DNA of 64,000 nt from a virus, in the IMG/VR virus record IMGVR_UViG_3300045789_000711, positions 16,933 through 80,932 of that record. One strand, 5' to 3'. Position 1 is the stretch's first letter. The number at the start of each line of letters is the position of its first letter. Shown here piece by piece: positions 1 to 9,768 of the stretch. The notes under the pieces are model-generated. The model searched no databases, was not told where the DNA came from, and worked only from the letters and a program-made list of their open reading frames with translations. A program made the position numbers and the translations under genes.

Positions 1-130
1 CTTATATCGTGGTCACTCATAAGGGCATAGAGATTGAGCTTGGTGGCTTTGGTACGGATAGAGCGCCACTGAATGATGCTACGTTCTCGCTATTTATGTT
101 TAACGCGTTACTGAGTGAGGTAGCAGCATA

Positions 131-583
131 ATGAAGTATATGGACGACGTAAGTGTGGACTCGTTTGTTATCTTGCATTACCAAGGCCGCTATCTACTGT
201 ATTCGCTAGATAATGGTAAGCCTGCAGTAAGTAGTTCATTTACCGTTAAGCGCCTTACTGAGTACCTTATTGATATTCAAGACGTGGAAGATGATGAAGA
301 CCGTATAGCGTTGATCGATGAGTGTATTGATAAGGCTACTCGTGATGGTGTGTTTGGTACGGATAAAGACCTTAAAGAATGCATTAGTCTTAATACTGTG
401 GGTATTGATGATGAGCCTATGGCCTATGAGCAGTTCATAACGGTTTACTTTCAAAAGGGCGCTAAAGGTATCTATCGGTGTGAGCATTGTAACGAAGTGG
501 TAAAGGTGTCTGATGATGTAGAGTCATTCGCTGGTAATGGGGGAACGTTAATGGCCTCTGCATTTTGTTTTAGTTGTTCTTAA
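131..583 (+). CDS. hypothetical phage protein with C-terminal CxxC...CxxC
   Basis: 150-aa ORF, GAGG SD, CEHC and CFSC motifs. Confidence 0.6.
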   Translation: MKYMDDVSVDSFVILHYQGRYLLYSLDNGKPAVSSSFTVKRLTEYLIDIQDVEDDEDRIALIDECIDKATRDGVFGTDKDLKECISLNTVGIDDEPMAYEQFITVYFQKGAKGIYRCEHCNEVVKVSDDVESFAGNGGTLMASAFCFSCS

Positions 584-597
584 TTTTATTCTTTAAT

Positions 598-605
598 ATC
601 CTAAC
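598..605 (+). promoter_or_regulatory. ATCCTAAC motif (candidate repressor operator)
   Basis: Intergenic copy of the recurring motif, upstream of ORF 630. Confidence 0.5.
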
Positions 606-629
606 AACGTTTTAATAAGAGACTTAATC

Positions 630-878
630 ATGAACCTATTTAAAAACAAAGTTACAAAGATGCCACGTTCTAAAGCTGAATTAGATGCACAGATAGAAAA
701 GCTAGGAATAGATGTAAAGCGTAAGTTCCTAAGTGAGCTGTCTAAAGGTTCACTGGGTAGAGCTAATGTGACTGCTGGTATTAACGATATGTGGGTAGCA
801 GCAAGGCTTAATGTTCTATTGCTTAATCCCGCTTACCTGATAGCAGTTAAAGAGTCTGAGAGCGTAGAGCATGTTTGA
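630..878 (+). CDS. hypothetical protein
   Basis: 82-aa ORF overlapping the start of the next gene. Confidence 0.55.
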   Translation: MNLFKNKVTKMPRSKAELDAQIEKLGIDVKRKFLSELSKGSLGRANVTAGINDMWVAARLNVLLLNPAYLIAVKESESVEHV

Positions 879-1578
879 TAGCAAGTTCTTAGCAGATAGA
901 GCGGCTAAACAAAGTGAATGGGCTAAGAAAGGGGTTAAGTCTGGTTCCGGTAGACCGTTTGCTGCTATTGAAGTCTTCCCAAGCAAGCCAAGCCGTCCAT
1001 TGTCTGTTGCTGGTGGCTTTGGTGGTAACGGTAAATTAAAAGGCTCTACTGCTGGCGGCTTTAATGTAAACACCAAGCCCGTTGGTTCGCCTCACTCTAT
1101 TGCATTGGCAATATTGGCTAACAATCCTGAGTTAAGGACTGGCGGCATGTATAAGGGCCGTAAGATTAACGCTAGTCACGAACACTGGGAACAAGTGATG
1201 GTGTTCGACTGGCTGTACCGTGTTATGGCTGAGTATTACGACGACTTTGCAGCGGTGCCTATGGGCGGCTTGCGCAACAAGAAGACGGCCAGTGACCTAT
1301 TTGCTGAGGGGGCTAAGTCAGGCTATCCCGATATTACGGGGGATGTGCCAAAGGGTAAGTATCACGGCTTGTTCATCGAATTGAAGTACGGCAAGAACAA
1401 GCCAAGCGATAACCAAATAGAAGCGCTTAACCGTAAGACTGAGCGCTGCTACTTCGCTGCAGTGTGCTATGGCCACGAAGAGGCGATTGAGGTTATTACA
1501 GAATACTTAGCCCTTACTGCTGGTGGCTCTATGGTGTGGGATAAAAACGTTGGTCTATGGGAGCGTGTTAATGATTAA
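871..1578 (+). CDS. VRR-NUC-like PD-(D/E)xK nuclease
   Basis: EHWEQ...AEGAKSGYPDI...FIELKYGKNKPSDNQ motifs typical of VRR-NUC domains. Confidence 0.8.
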   Translation: MFDSKFLADRAAKQSEWAKKGVKSGSGRPFAAIEVFPSKPSRPLSVAGGFGGNGKLKGSTAGGFNVNTKPVGSPHSIALAILANNPELRTGGMYKGRKINASHEHWEQVMVFDWLYRVMAEYYDDFAAVPMGGLRNKKTASDLFAEGAKSGYPDITGDVPKGKYHGLFIELKYGKNKPSDNQIEALNRKTERCYFAAVCYGHEEAIEVITEYLALTAGGSMVWDKNVGLWERVND

Positions 1579-2290
1579 GTCTGTGGGTGATTTAATTAAG
1601 CGCTTAAGGCTGGAAGCGTCCGAGCTGGAAGAGTGCGGAAGCGTAGACCTTGCGTGTGGTATCTCTGCTGCAGTGCGCGTTATATCCGACGAACTAGGCC
1701 CGTTTGACGCGATAGGCGGCGATGTGGCCAGCGATGAGCCACCAGCAATAGACCACGCGCTAATCGATGAGTTAACCGCTCTAAAGGCTGAGAATGCCAC
1801 TCTAAAGGCCCAAAGTGCCGCCGTTATGGCCCAAAGTGCCACCATTGAGGCTGAATATGCCGCCTTGGTGGTTCGCCATGGTCATTTAATGTCATGTGCC
1901 GGAGCCGTTGAAGAGGGGCGTCAGGCGATGGTTGAGGCTGCTCATACTCACATGATGAGCCTACCTGTTTATTCAGATGTTCAGAAATTGGCTACCAAGA
2001 TTGAGGCTGATATACGGCTACTGCCAATGTGCAAGACGTGTCGCGGCTCTGGTGTCGTTAAGCCAATGTTTCATGAGTTTGAATGTGATAGGTGCGTTGG
2101 ATCAGGTTGTGACTTGTCGGAGCCGTTGGAATTGATAGTCGGTCAGCAAAAGCTTATCGGTGAGGCAAAGGCTATACAGGCCGTGATGTTGAAGCATATC
2201 TACACGCACGGAATTTCACAGGCTGAGAAAGAGGCCATGAGTGTGACTGAGTTTTACCGTGGGTCTAAAACCAATATGAGGGGTGATTGA
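1571..2290 (+). CDS. coiled-coil protein with DnaJ-type zinc finger
   Basis: CKTCRGSG...CDRCVGSG; ATG at 1571 overlaps the upstream stop (ORF track starts at 1523). Confidence 0.65.
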   Translation: MIKSVGDLIKRLRLEASELEECGSVDLACGISAAVRVISDELGPFDAIGGDVASDEPPAIDHALIDELTALKAENATLKAQSAAVMAQSATIEAEYAALVVRHGHLMSCAGAVEEGRQAMVEAAHTHMMSLPVYSDVQKLATKIEADIRLLPMCKTCRGSGVVKPMFHEFECDRCVGSGCDLSEPLELIVGQQKLIGEAKAIQAVMLKHIYTHGISQAEKEAMSVTEFYRGSKTNMRGD

Positions 2291-2464
2291 TGCGTAAGCG
2301 ATTCATGGCGAAAAGACGGGCGTTGTGTAAGTCGCGCCGCAAAATAGGCTTTTACAGTTGATACAGGCAATAAATAAACAACTTAACAAAATTAGAGAAG
2401 AAAGTTTTGTTAGGTTGTTTTTTCCGATGTAAGATGTAGTCACATATTTAATAAAGGTGTTTCC

Positions 2465-3040
2465 GTGGCTACATTATCACACATAATCAAAAGCATTGAC
2501 CTCGGTCATGGCGACCTCGTGCTAACCCGCAACTATCCAACACGCAAGATGGCAGGCGGCAACGCTTTGTTGAGCCATAAACATGTGCTTGCTAAATACT
2601 GCGATGAAGTCGATGCGTTTGTTGTTGTTTATGGGATCCAGCATAAGGCCATGGACTCGCTGCAGAGTAAGGGGCTGTTGATTAAGCGGGACTTTGATAG
2701 TTATGGCTTGCATGAGTGCTATGAGCTGGCCGAACACCCGCGCTACGATGATTTAGTTGCAAGAGGCTGTAAGTTCGAGTTGGACTATCCCGCGACATAC
2801 GTTAATGTCAGCATGATTGATGGCATGGCTGGTAAGTACGGCTACAGGCTTAAGTCGCTTAGAGCTATCAAGGCTTTCAAGCTTGAGCCGGACGGAACAA
2901 ATCCAAAGGCGAAAGAGCTAAAAAACCCTTATATCCACGGCATCTATCGCATATCAGATCTTGATTACGTTGGTTGGGTAAAGATGATTACTGAAACATT
3001 AAAACGAGAGGGTGTTATTCGTGAAAAATCCAGCAAGTGA
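2465..3040 (+). CDS. hypothetical protein
   Basis: 191-aa ORF, AAGGTG SD before GTG. Confidence 0.6.
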   Translation: MATLSHIIKSIDLGHGDLVLTRNYPTRKMAGGNALLSHKHVLAKYCDEVDAFVVVYGIQHKAMDSLQSKGLLIKRDFDSYGLHECYELAEHPRYDDLVARGCKFELDYPATYVNVSMIDGMAGKYGYRLKSLRAIKAFKLEPDGTNPKAKELKNPYIHGIYRISDLDYVGWVKMITETLKREGVIREKSSK

Positions 3041-3392
3041 TTCTGAGTCAGCAAGGCGTCAACGTGCGATGCGCGTTCGTGATAAGGCTCGTGGTATTAA
3101 GGGGCTAAAACTTCGCTGTACGACTGGGGAAAGCGCGCTTATTGATAATGTAAGCTTGGCTATGTCTCTTAAGCGTTCAGAAGCTTGTATGACGTTATTC
3201 TTTAATGAAGCCGAACGTCTAGGTATTGACACGTCACAGGTAAAGCCTGCAGCGGCAACCATTAGAACACCTAAAAATTCACCTGCACTAACGATACTCA
3301 ATGAGCTATCGGAAGAGCTAGGCTTACCCGTATCAACGGTATTGCTGAATGCATTATCTGAATACAAATCTTTATGTCAAAAAACATCCTAA
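3021..3392 (+). CDS. putative small DNA-binding protein
   Basis: Basic N-terminal helix SARRQRAMRVRDK followed by RHH-like segments. Confidence 0.5.
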   Translation: MKNPASDSESARRQRAMRVRDKARGIKGLKLRCTTGESALIDNVSLAMSLKRSEACMTLFFNEAERLGIDTSQVKPAAATIRTPKNSPALTILNELSEELGLPVSTVLLNALSEYKSLCQKTS

Positions 3393-3418
3393 CATCGTAC
3401 TAAAAGGAAAACTTAAAA

Positions 3419-3676
3419 ATGTCAGAACGTGACCAAAACTTAGCGCCACTATGTACTATTGATGATGCTCGCAACCTTGCTAGCTACTTCATTGGCCAAT
3501 ACTTGCAGATGTGCCGTGCTGTGACCAATGATGATGCATTGAAGTGTATTGAAGTCTTAGTAAGTGAGACTGCGCGCGTTAAGAGTGGTGTTGAAGAGTT
3601 GATAGCGAAAGCTACCCAAGAAGCGGCCAGCGCTAAAGAGGCTATCCCTGAATTAATTCGCGCCCCGCAGGCGTAG
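3419..3676 (+). CDS. hypothetical protein
   Basis: 85-aa ORF, AAGGA SD, preceded by ACATCCTAAC at 3384. Confidence 0.6.
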   Translation: MSERDQNLAPLCTIDDARNLASYFIGQYLQMCRAVTNDDALKCIEVLVSETARVKSGVEELIAKATQEAASAKEAIPELIRAPQA

Positions 3677-3677
3677 T

Positions 3678-3869
3678 ATGGATAGTAAGGGTAAGCGGTA
3701 CAAAGAGTGTGTTAATCCTTGCTGTAATACCATTGGCGCTAACTCTGCTGAGTTGCTTATGTTCCCAGCGGTGTATTACTGCCAAGACTGCGCCAAGCTT
3801 AGGAATGACGAGAGCTTGCGGTATAACAAAAAAGCGACGTGTATCGTAAAACCTAATCAAGTGAAATAA
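3678..3869 (+). CDS. TraR/DksA-like C4 zinc-finger protein
   Basis: CVNPCCNTI...FPAVYYCQDC resembles the DksA/TraR zinc finger. Confidence 0.45.
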   Translation: MDSKGKRYKECVNPCCNTIGANSAELLMFPAVYYCQDCAKLRNDESLRYNKKATCIVKPNQVK

Positions 3870-3900
3870 AAAAAGGCCTGCAATTTAGCAGGCCTTTTTT
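3868..3900. terminator. bidirectional intrinsic terminator
   Basis: AAAAAAGGCCTGC-aattta-GCAGGCCTTTTTT between convergent genes. Confidence 0.85.
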
Positions 3901-3901
3901 A

Positions 3902-4276
3902 TTACTGTCCTAAAGTGGGGATAACCGCTTTAGGTTTAGCTTGTACGGGTTCCGGTGCTGGTACAGGTTCCGGTTTATCTGCCTTGGCGGCTGGTTTTCC
4001 GGTACTGGCCTGCTCGATACCTATGCTCGCGGGAGCCAGAACGGAAATCAGCTTATTGCGCTTTTCAATGGCTGATAGGCTGTTAAAGCTAGGGTCTGCA
4101 TCAAGCATTTTAATGACGTCAGTAAAGCCCGTCTCTTTCATGATGAAGCCTACCGATAGGCAGTCACCAACAAATGTGCTTTTGCCATAGGCACCTTTGG
4201 CATGAGCATCAATGAAACGCGCCTCTGCGGCCCCGTGTTCACTCTTTGCTGTGTAGCGTATTTCCTTTTCTGACAT
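3902..4276 (-). CDS. ParR/StbB-like centromere-binding adaptor
   Basis: Small ORF directly downstream of parM with a Pro-rich C-terminal tail. Confidence 0.6.
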   Translation of the reverse strand: MSEKEIRYTAKSEHGAAEARFIDAHAKGAYGKSTFVGDCLSVGFIMKETGFTDVIKMLDADPSFNSLSAIEKRNKLISVLAPASIGIEQASTGKPAAKADKPEPVPAPEPVQAKPKAVIPTLGQ

Positions 4277-4282
4277 AACTAA

Positions 4283-5338
4283 TTAAACCTTTTGAGTATG
4301 TAGTAGTTTGCGAACGCCGCGAACGATGGCCATTTCTGGCTGTTCCGGTATGTCGATAGTGTGGAACCAAGCTTGTGCGTGTTCTTGTAGCCAGTTAGCG
4401 CCGCCGCCAACAAACACTATGCGGGTTAACGTGCTTAGGTTTGAGTCTGTTAGCTTCATCATATCGCTGTAAACAAGGTCAGCAAGGTATTGAGCGGCCT
4501 CGTTAACCAAGTCTGACACGTCTATACGCGCCTTTACGGCACTTTCTTTGTTACTGGTAGATCCAATATAGCCTAAATCGATAATGATTCGCAGATCTGA
4601 GTTTGAGAGCGCCTTGGTTGCGCCTAGGCCCAGTCTGTCAGCATTGCGATTAAGTAGCGTCTTGAAGTGTTCAAACATCTTGTGTACGCCGTTCTCACTC
4701 GTTGCGTAGTCGATAACTTCAAAGCCGCGACCAATAATCGCTAAATCATTTGAGAACTGGCCAAGGTCAATCACCAGCGTCTTAATGTCGTGTTCGTATT
4801 CTTCGTTAAATGAGCCGTTATCATCAATGGCCACGTAGACGTAAGCGGGTATGGCTTCTGGGAATACTAATATCTTATTAAGTATCGGCGCTGCAGTGGT
4901 GCCGTTGTAGCTGGTCACTGGTGAGTTAAGTGAAGCTTTCTTCTTTTCGATAAGGTCGGTATTGATTGGTGACTGACTATCGCCTTTGTTGTAGTAGTGG
5001 CTTGTCGGTACCGTGCAACCAATAATGATTTGTTGGCCATCAAGTCCGGCGTTGGCCAGTGTGTTGTTTACCAGTACGCGGTTAGCTTCTGATACTTGGT
5101 ATTCACGGTAGCAAGTATCTTCTGGGTTAGATGATGCGTGTCGAACCGTATAAGCGTTGCCGCTTTCACATACCCAAGCTGAATCGCTGATACCTGATAA
5201 GTCCATTAGTGCGCCTTTTTCGATGATAGACGGGTTATGGCCCTCGATAAGTGTGCCGTCTGGATCCAAAAATGAGTAAGCAATGTTTCCGGATCCATCA
5301 TCAATTGCGACTAAAGGTATAAAATTTTCGTTGTTCAT
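4283..5338 (-). CDS. parM: ParM/StbA actin-like plasmid segregation ATPase
   Basis: VAIDDGSGNI, FPEAIPA, LVIDLGQFSND and VFVGGGA actin-fold motifs. Confidence 0.9.
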   Translation of the reverse strand: MNNENFIPLVAIDDGSGNIAYSFLDPDGTLIEGHNPSIIEKGALMDLSGISDSAWVCESGNAYTVRHASSNPEDTCYREYQVSEANRVLVNNTLANAGLDGQQIIIGCTVPTSHYYNKGDSQSPINTDLIEKKKASLNSPVTSYNGTTAAPILNKILVFPEAIPAYVYVAIDDNGSFNEEYEHDIKTLVIDLGQFSNDLAIIGRGFEVIDYATSENGVHKMFEHFKTLLNRNADRLGLGATKALSNSDLRIIIDLGYIGSTSNKESAVKARIDVSDLVNEAAQYLADLVYSDMMKLTDSNLSTLTRIVFVGGGANWLQEHAQAWFHTIDIPEQPEMAIVRGVRKLLHTQKV

Positions 5339-5497
5339 ATATAAATCCCCGATTATTAATAAATGCCAAAAAGCGCGTATAAGTTACCATAAACACCCTA
5401 ACAATAAACCATAAATACGCTAGTTTTGTGCGTATTTGTTCTGTTTAGCTGTTATTTGATCAGTCGCCTGCCTTGTTAATGTCATTTATCTGCCTGT

Positions 5498-5530
5498 AAC
5501 CTGCTTACAACTCGCTTAAAACCTGCTTAT
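5498..5530. repeat. three 11-bp direct repeats upstream of parM (candidate parC iterons)
   Basis: AACCTGCTTAC AACTCGCTTAA AACCTGCTTAT. Confidence 0.4.
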
Positions 5531-5632
5531 TAGTGCGGTGGTTAACTGGATCCACAAATCGTGTGATAACCCATTTCCTTTATGCGTTGCGCTCGCTTCT
5601 AATGTACGATAAGCCCAATTTGTTAGGATGTA

Positions 5633-6985
5633 GTGGATCGGGTAAGAGCAAACAAGATGTCTAGCAGTTCAAAAGATTCTATTGATATTGACTGGTGTAC
5701 GCACCGAGAAGACTTTGTGGTTAACCATGCCCCAAGTGGTACCAGTGCAAGAAAGTATCTATCGGAACAAGGGCTTAACATCAATACAGGCCGTAAGCAG
5801 TTTGCAGCTATCGCCAAGCTTGAGGGTGATGGCTTGTCTTATGATGCCATTCGTAAAGCGCTATTTAGCAAGGCACCAGTCAAGGTTAAAAGTGGATCCA
5901 AGAGTGGATCTAAAAGTGGATCCAAGAGTGGATCTAAAAGTGGATCCAAGAGTGGATCCATAAAAGTGGATCCACCCGCTAGTAAGAATGCTAGATCCAA
6001 AACAACAAAGAAAAAACCCATAAAAAACAAAGATGTTACCGAGGGGAAAACAGAGCGAACACCCGTCACGGAAAAGAAAAAAACCAAAACAACGAAACGG
6101 TTAACAAGTTCGTTACAACAAGTGTTCATTGACCGTTCGAGTGATATGCAAGCTGTGAATAGTGGCCGCTTCGCTGCAGGTAACACGGCGGCGGTTAAGA
6201 CGGGTGCTTATATGAACTTGGTTCACGCACAAAGTGACATCGTTGAAACGGTATTGAATTGCCGTCTAGGTGATGTATCGGGCCTCGTTAAGCTTTCGGA
6301 AATTCGTTACATCCAAATGGAACGCTTGCTTGTTGATAGGTTGGTCACTATTGAGCAACGCGCGCTTGAGGGTAACTTACCGCGTGACCACAACAACGAA
6401 GTCATTAGTAAGGAGGATTTGGTTAGAGAGGCCTATTGGGGGTCGTCTTCTGTCTTAACGGGTTTGCTTGGCACGTTGACGATGGCCCATACCCAAGCCA
6501 GTAAAGCCGAAGTTGATAATGAAATCAAAATGGGCCGCTACTTAAAGGAAAAAGCAGATCGCGAGTTCCTTATCAGTTTATCCCAAGAGCGTGAAGCCAA
6601 TGAAGATATGACCGCGCTAGAAATGGCGAGGCGCATTGAGGCTTATGGCTTGTCGCCATCCCCAATAATTACAGCCGAAGCGCTGAAAGAAATCGAATTG
6701 ATGCGTCCTAAAGTCGATACGTCCGGCATTAGTGAAGAAGAGCTTGATGCCAAAGTTGAAAGCTACATGCAAAAAGTTAAAACCGATGTTGATGCTATGT
6801 CTTCGCGTCGTGGAATATTGGAAGAGCTTATGCTGCAGAGTAAGGCTGAACTTGAGGCTGGCGGCTTAGACGAAGAGGATTTCCAAAGTACAGCGTATTC
6901 CGGTTTGGAATATGACGAGAGTGAAGATGTTGAGTTTAGCGGGATAGATAGCGACGACATCGATAACGACGAGTGGAGTGATTAA
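5633..6985 (+). CDS. pacA: terminase small subunit (PacA-like); alternative start ATG 5657
   Basis: Directly upstream of pacB; DW..HR N-terminus, GRFAAGNTAAVKTGAY motif, acidic tail, internal GATC repeats as in P1 pacA. Confidence 0.85.
   Translation: MDRVRANKMSSSSKDSIDIDWCTHREDFVVNHAPSGTSARKYLSEQGLNINTGRKQFAAIAKLEGDGLSYDAIRKALFSKAPVKVKSGSKSGSKSGSKSGSKSGSKSGSIKVDPPASKNARSKTTKKKPIKNKDVTEGKTERTPVTEKKKTKTTKRLTSSLQQVFIDRSSDMQAVNSGRFAAGNTAAVKTGAYMNLVHAQSDIVETVLNCRLGDVSGLVKLSEIRYIQMERLLVDRLVTIEQRALEGNLPRDHNNEVISKEDLVREAYWGSSSVLTGLLGTLTMAHTQASKAEVDNEIKMGRYLKEKADREFLISLSQEREANEDMTALEMARRIEAYGLSPSPIITAEALKEIELMRPKVDTSGISEEELDAKVESYMQKVKTDVDAMSSRRGILEELMLQSKAELEAGGLDEEDFQSTAYSGLEYDESEDVEFSGIDSDDIDNDEWSD
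5888..5973 (+). repeat. pac-like site: seven 12-bp AARAGTGGATCY repeats inside pacA
   Basis: Six tandem copies plus one offset by 2 nt, each containing GATC; encodes (KSGS)n. Confidence 0.75.
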
Positions 6986-6987
6986 TC

Positions 6988-8478
6988 ATGGCTGCTGTCG
7001 TTAAGTCTATTCGTACAGATCCACGCTGGGTCGAGTTGGTTGTCAAGTTTCGCTATAACTGGGTTATGGCCCCCATTCATCTAATGGGATTCGAGCCTGT
7101 ACCTCACCAGTTAGAGCTTTTATCTGCAGCACAGAAAACGGGTTGCCGTGTGTCGGTGTCTTCTGGCCACGGTACGGGTAAGTCATCACAGATAGCGATT
7201 GTCGTATTAATCTTTATGCTCATGTTCCCTGAGTCCCGTGTAATTCTGGTCGCCAACAAATTGGATCAGGTAAAGATTGCGGTACTGAAAAACATTAAGA
7301 TTTATTGGCGACAAATGATTAAGTTTCATCCGTGGATAGAAGAGTATTTCGTCTTAACGGATACGACGTTTTATGAGCGCGCCAGTAAGGGCATTTGGGA
7401 GTTATCACCCAAGGCCTACAAGATAGGTAACGAAGAAGCATTAGCGGGTGAACACGCCAAGCACATGCTTTGGATCATCGATGAAGCGTCCGGTATCTCT
7501 GATAAAGCCTTTGGTGTGATTACAGGCTCGCTAACTGAGGCGAATAACCGCTTAGTGTTACTGTCCCAGCCAACGCGGGATAACGGGTTTTTCTGGCAGA
7601 CACACAACGATCCGTCGATTATGCGCGATTGGATGTCGTTAATCTTCAATTCCGAAGACTCACCGCTTGTTACCGATTCCTTTGTCATGGAAAAATTCAG
7701 GCAGTACGGCAATGACCGTAACAGTCCTGAATACATGATTAAAGTGCGCGGGTTGTTCCCCAAAGACTTCAAAGGCTATTTGCTTACCTCTGACGATATG
7801 CTTAAGGCAACAAGGGCCAAGCCTCGGTTATCTAAGCACGAGTGGGGTTGGGTGTTTACCTGTGACGTTGGTAACGGCCGAGATAGCTCTGTTATCAATA
7901 TTAACCGCGTGTCCGGTCACGGGCTTGATAGGCGTTCCGTTAACGTTGAGGTGATTGAGTATTCAGGCTCGATTGATCCGGTTAACTTTGGTCGTGAGAT
8001 AGTCGCACTGGTTAAGACGGGTAATTACCCTAATGTGTCGGTTTGTATCGATGCCGACGGTGTGGGTTCGTCTACGTGTCAGATAGTGGAAGAAGCGGGG
8101 ATCACGGTCACTCGCATACGCTGGGGTCAACCTTGTTTCTCTGACGAGGATAAGCTTAGGTTTATCAATAAACGCGCCATGGCGGCTGTTTATACGAAAG
8201 ATGCGATACGTTCGGGCCGTATGAGAATAGACACGAACCGTAAGACGCGCTTACAGGGCGCGCGTATACCTTACTTGATAGATGATAAGGGTCGATTTGT
8301 TATTGAGAAAAAGAGTGTGATGCGTGAAAAGCTCAATATACCGTCGCCTGATAGATTCGACACTTACTGCTTTATTCAATTGGCCGATGTGACTCCGGCA
8401 AATGCTGAGGTAGATATTCATACTATGGAAGAGCGAGAAGCGCACGGCGGTTGGGCGAAAGAAATCACCCAAGCCTAG
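6988..8478 (+). CDS. pacB: terminase large subunit (PacB-like)
   Basis: Walker A SGHGTGKS, Walker B WIIDEASG, nuclease motifs TCDVG, IDADGVG and SPDRFD. Confidence 0.95.
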   Translation: MAAVVKSIRTDPRWVELVVKFRYNWVMAPIHLMGFEPVPHQLELLSAAQKTGCRVSVSSGHGTGKSSQIAIVVLIFMLMFPESRVILVANKLDQVKIAVLKNIKIYWRQMIKFHPWIEEYFVLTDTTFYERASKGIWELSPKAYKIGNEEALAGEHAKHMLWIIDEASGISDKAFGVITGSLTEANNRLVLLSQPTRDNGFFWQTHNDPSIMRDWMSLIFNSEDSPLVTDSFVMEKFRQYGNDRNSPEYMIKVRGLFPKDFKGYLLTSDDMLKATRAKPRLSKHEWGWVFTCDVGNGRDSSVININRVSGHGLDRRSVNVEVIEYSGSIDPVNFGREIVALVKTGNYPNVSVCIDADGVGSSTCQIVEEAGITVTRIRWGQPCFSDEDKLRFINKRAMAAVYTKDAIRSGRMRIDTNRKTRLQGARIPYLIDDKGRFVIEKKSVMREKLNIPSPDRFDTYCFIQLADVTPANAEVDIHTMEEREAHGGWAKEITQA

Positions 8479-8507
8479 TATCATCCCTGTTAATGCTTTG
8501 CTCGTCC

Positions 8508-9602
8508 TTATTCTTTAGGCTTGGTTCGCGGGGCTTTCTTCTTTGGCTTTACTTTGGACAATGCCAGATCTGATTGCTTTTTAAGTAGTATTTTTTGACG
8601 TTCAAGGGCGCGCTTTTCAGCTTCGAGCTTATTCGCTTCGGCCTTAAGCTTCTTGGCTACGTCTTTGGCGGCTTGTTGTTCTGCTAGCTTACGCTTGGCT
8701 TCACTGTCCTTAAACTTAATTTCACGGTCAGTAATGGCTTGCTGCATTTTGTTAGCTGCGATGATTTTTTCTTTTTGGGCTTTGGCCACGCGTTCCTCGC
8801 GCTGCTTTACCTTAAGTGCTTCGGCGTCCTTAGCCTCTTGCGCTTTTCTGTCTTTTTCCTCAATGGCCGCGCGCCTGTCCTCTGCGGTTTTGGCCCGAGC
8901 ATTAATCAAATCGGTTTCACGAAACAAAAAGCCTCTTGTCTGCAGTGAACACTGGATAATAGGCACCCCCAAGTCTTCTACACGGTCTGAACGAACAAAG
9001 TCGCGGCCCGAGTCAGGCATGTGGATAGCGCATAGGTTCTTAGGGTCGTAAATGAATACACCCGCAAAAGGAACCCTAACCTTATCGAGTTCTATATCAC
9101 CCTTTTGGCGATGTAATAGCACAACCTCAGTGTATCCCTCTGTACGAATGCGATAGGTATTCTCTGGGTCGTCTTTGAAACGTTGGATCTCTTCTTCAAG
9201 CGCAATCACTTTGTCGCTAACGCCGCCGGATTGCTTTGTGACGCGTCGCAAGTCTCGCAGTCGTAGAATAATCCTATCCTTAGAGATTTTACGGGTGCTG
9301 GTGGCCTTATTCACTTTAATGAATACATCGGCCTGCTTATGTAGAATGCGTGGCTCTGGGGAGAAGATAATCGACTTCCTGTTGTATCGAGCAGGGTCGC
9401 CCTCACAAAGTTGGTCGGCCAATGAGTGCCAAAGGGCAATCATTTTATTTACCTTCCTTAGTTGGGTGTCGTCTCGAATCACCGATAATGGCCTAACCTT
9501 TTCGCCGTCCCTATCTTCTGAATAAACAGAATTAGATACCGCGTAAGCGATCAGTTCACTTCTTAGTTCGAGGAATTTATCGTAGAGGGTAAAGAGTTCC
9601 AT
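8508..9602 (-). CDS. c1: C1-like primary repressor with extended Lys/Ala/Glu-rich C-terminus
   Basis: Convergent with pacB as in P1; blocks LYDKFLELR, DGEKVRPLSV, YRIRTEGYTEVVL and AGVFIYD match my recollection of P1 C1. Confidence 0.8.
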   Translation of the reverse strand: MELFTLYDKFLELRSELIAYAVSNSVYSEDRDGEKVRPLSVIRDDTQLRKVNKMIALWHSLADQLCEGDPARYNRKSIIFSPEPRILHKQADVFIKVNKATSTRKISKDRIILRLRDLRRVTKQSGGVSDKVIALEEEIQRFKDDPENTYRIRTEGYTEVVLLHRQKGDIELDKVRVPFAGVFIYDPKNLCAIHMPDSGRDFVRSDRVEDLGVPIIQCSLQTRGFLFRETDLINARAKTAEDRRAAIEEKDRKAQEAKDAEALKVKQREERVAKAQKEKIIAANKMQQAITDREIKFKDSEAKRKLAEQQAAKDVAKKLKAEANKLEAEKRALERQKILLKKQSDLALSKVKPKKKAPRTKPKE

Positions 9603-9630
9603 AAGTCCTCAATTGTAGTTAATTGTCGTT

Positions 9631-9640
9631 ACATCCTAAC
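9631..9640 (+). promoter_or_regulatory. ACATCCTAAC candidate C1 operator upstream of c1
   Basis: About 30 bp before the c1 start codon, consistent with autoregulation. Confidence 0.6.
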
Positions 9641-9768
9641 GAAATGTGCAACAAGCTACAAGGGGGAGGGAGGGCTATGTGAGCGCTCACTTGATAAACC
9701 TATAATAAAATCGCTGTAAATTTAGCGGTTTCCATAAAAGCCTATCAAGCGAGATAACTTTTTAAAGA

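Noticed and set aside
5682-6186. Overlapping ORFs with VDPR and LLDP repeats
   Set aside because: Alternative-frame shadows of the pac repeat inside pacA
8653-9525. Plus-strand ORFs within c1, and similar antisense ORFs elsewhere
   Set aside because: Fully nested opposite well-supported genes, with no recognisable motifs
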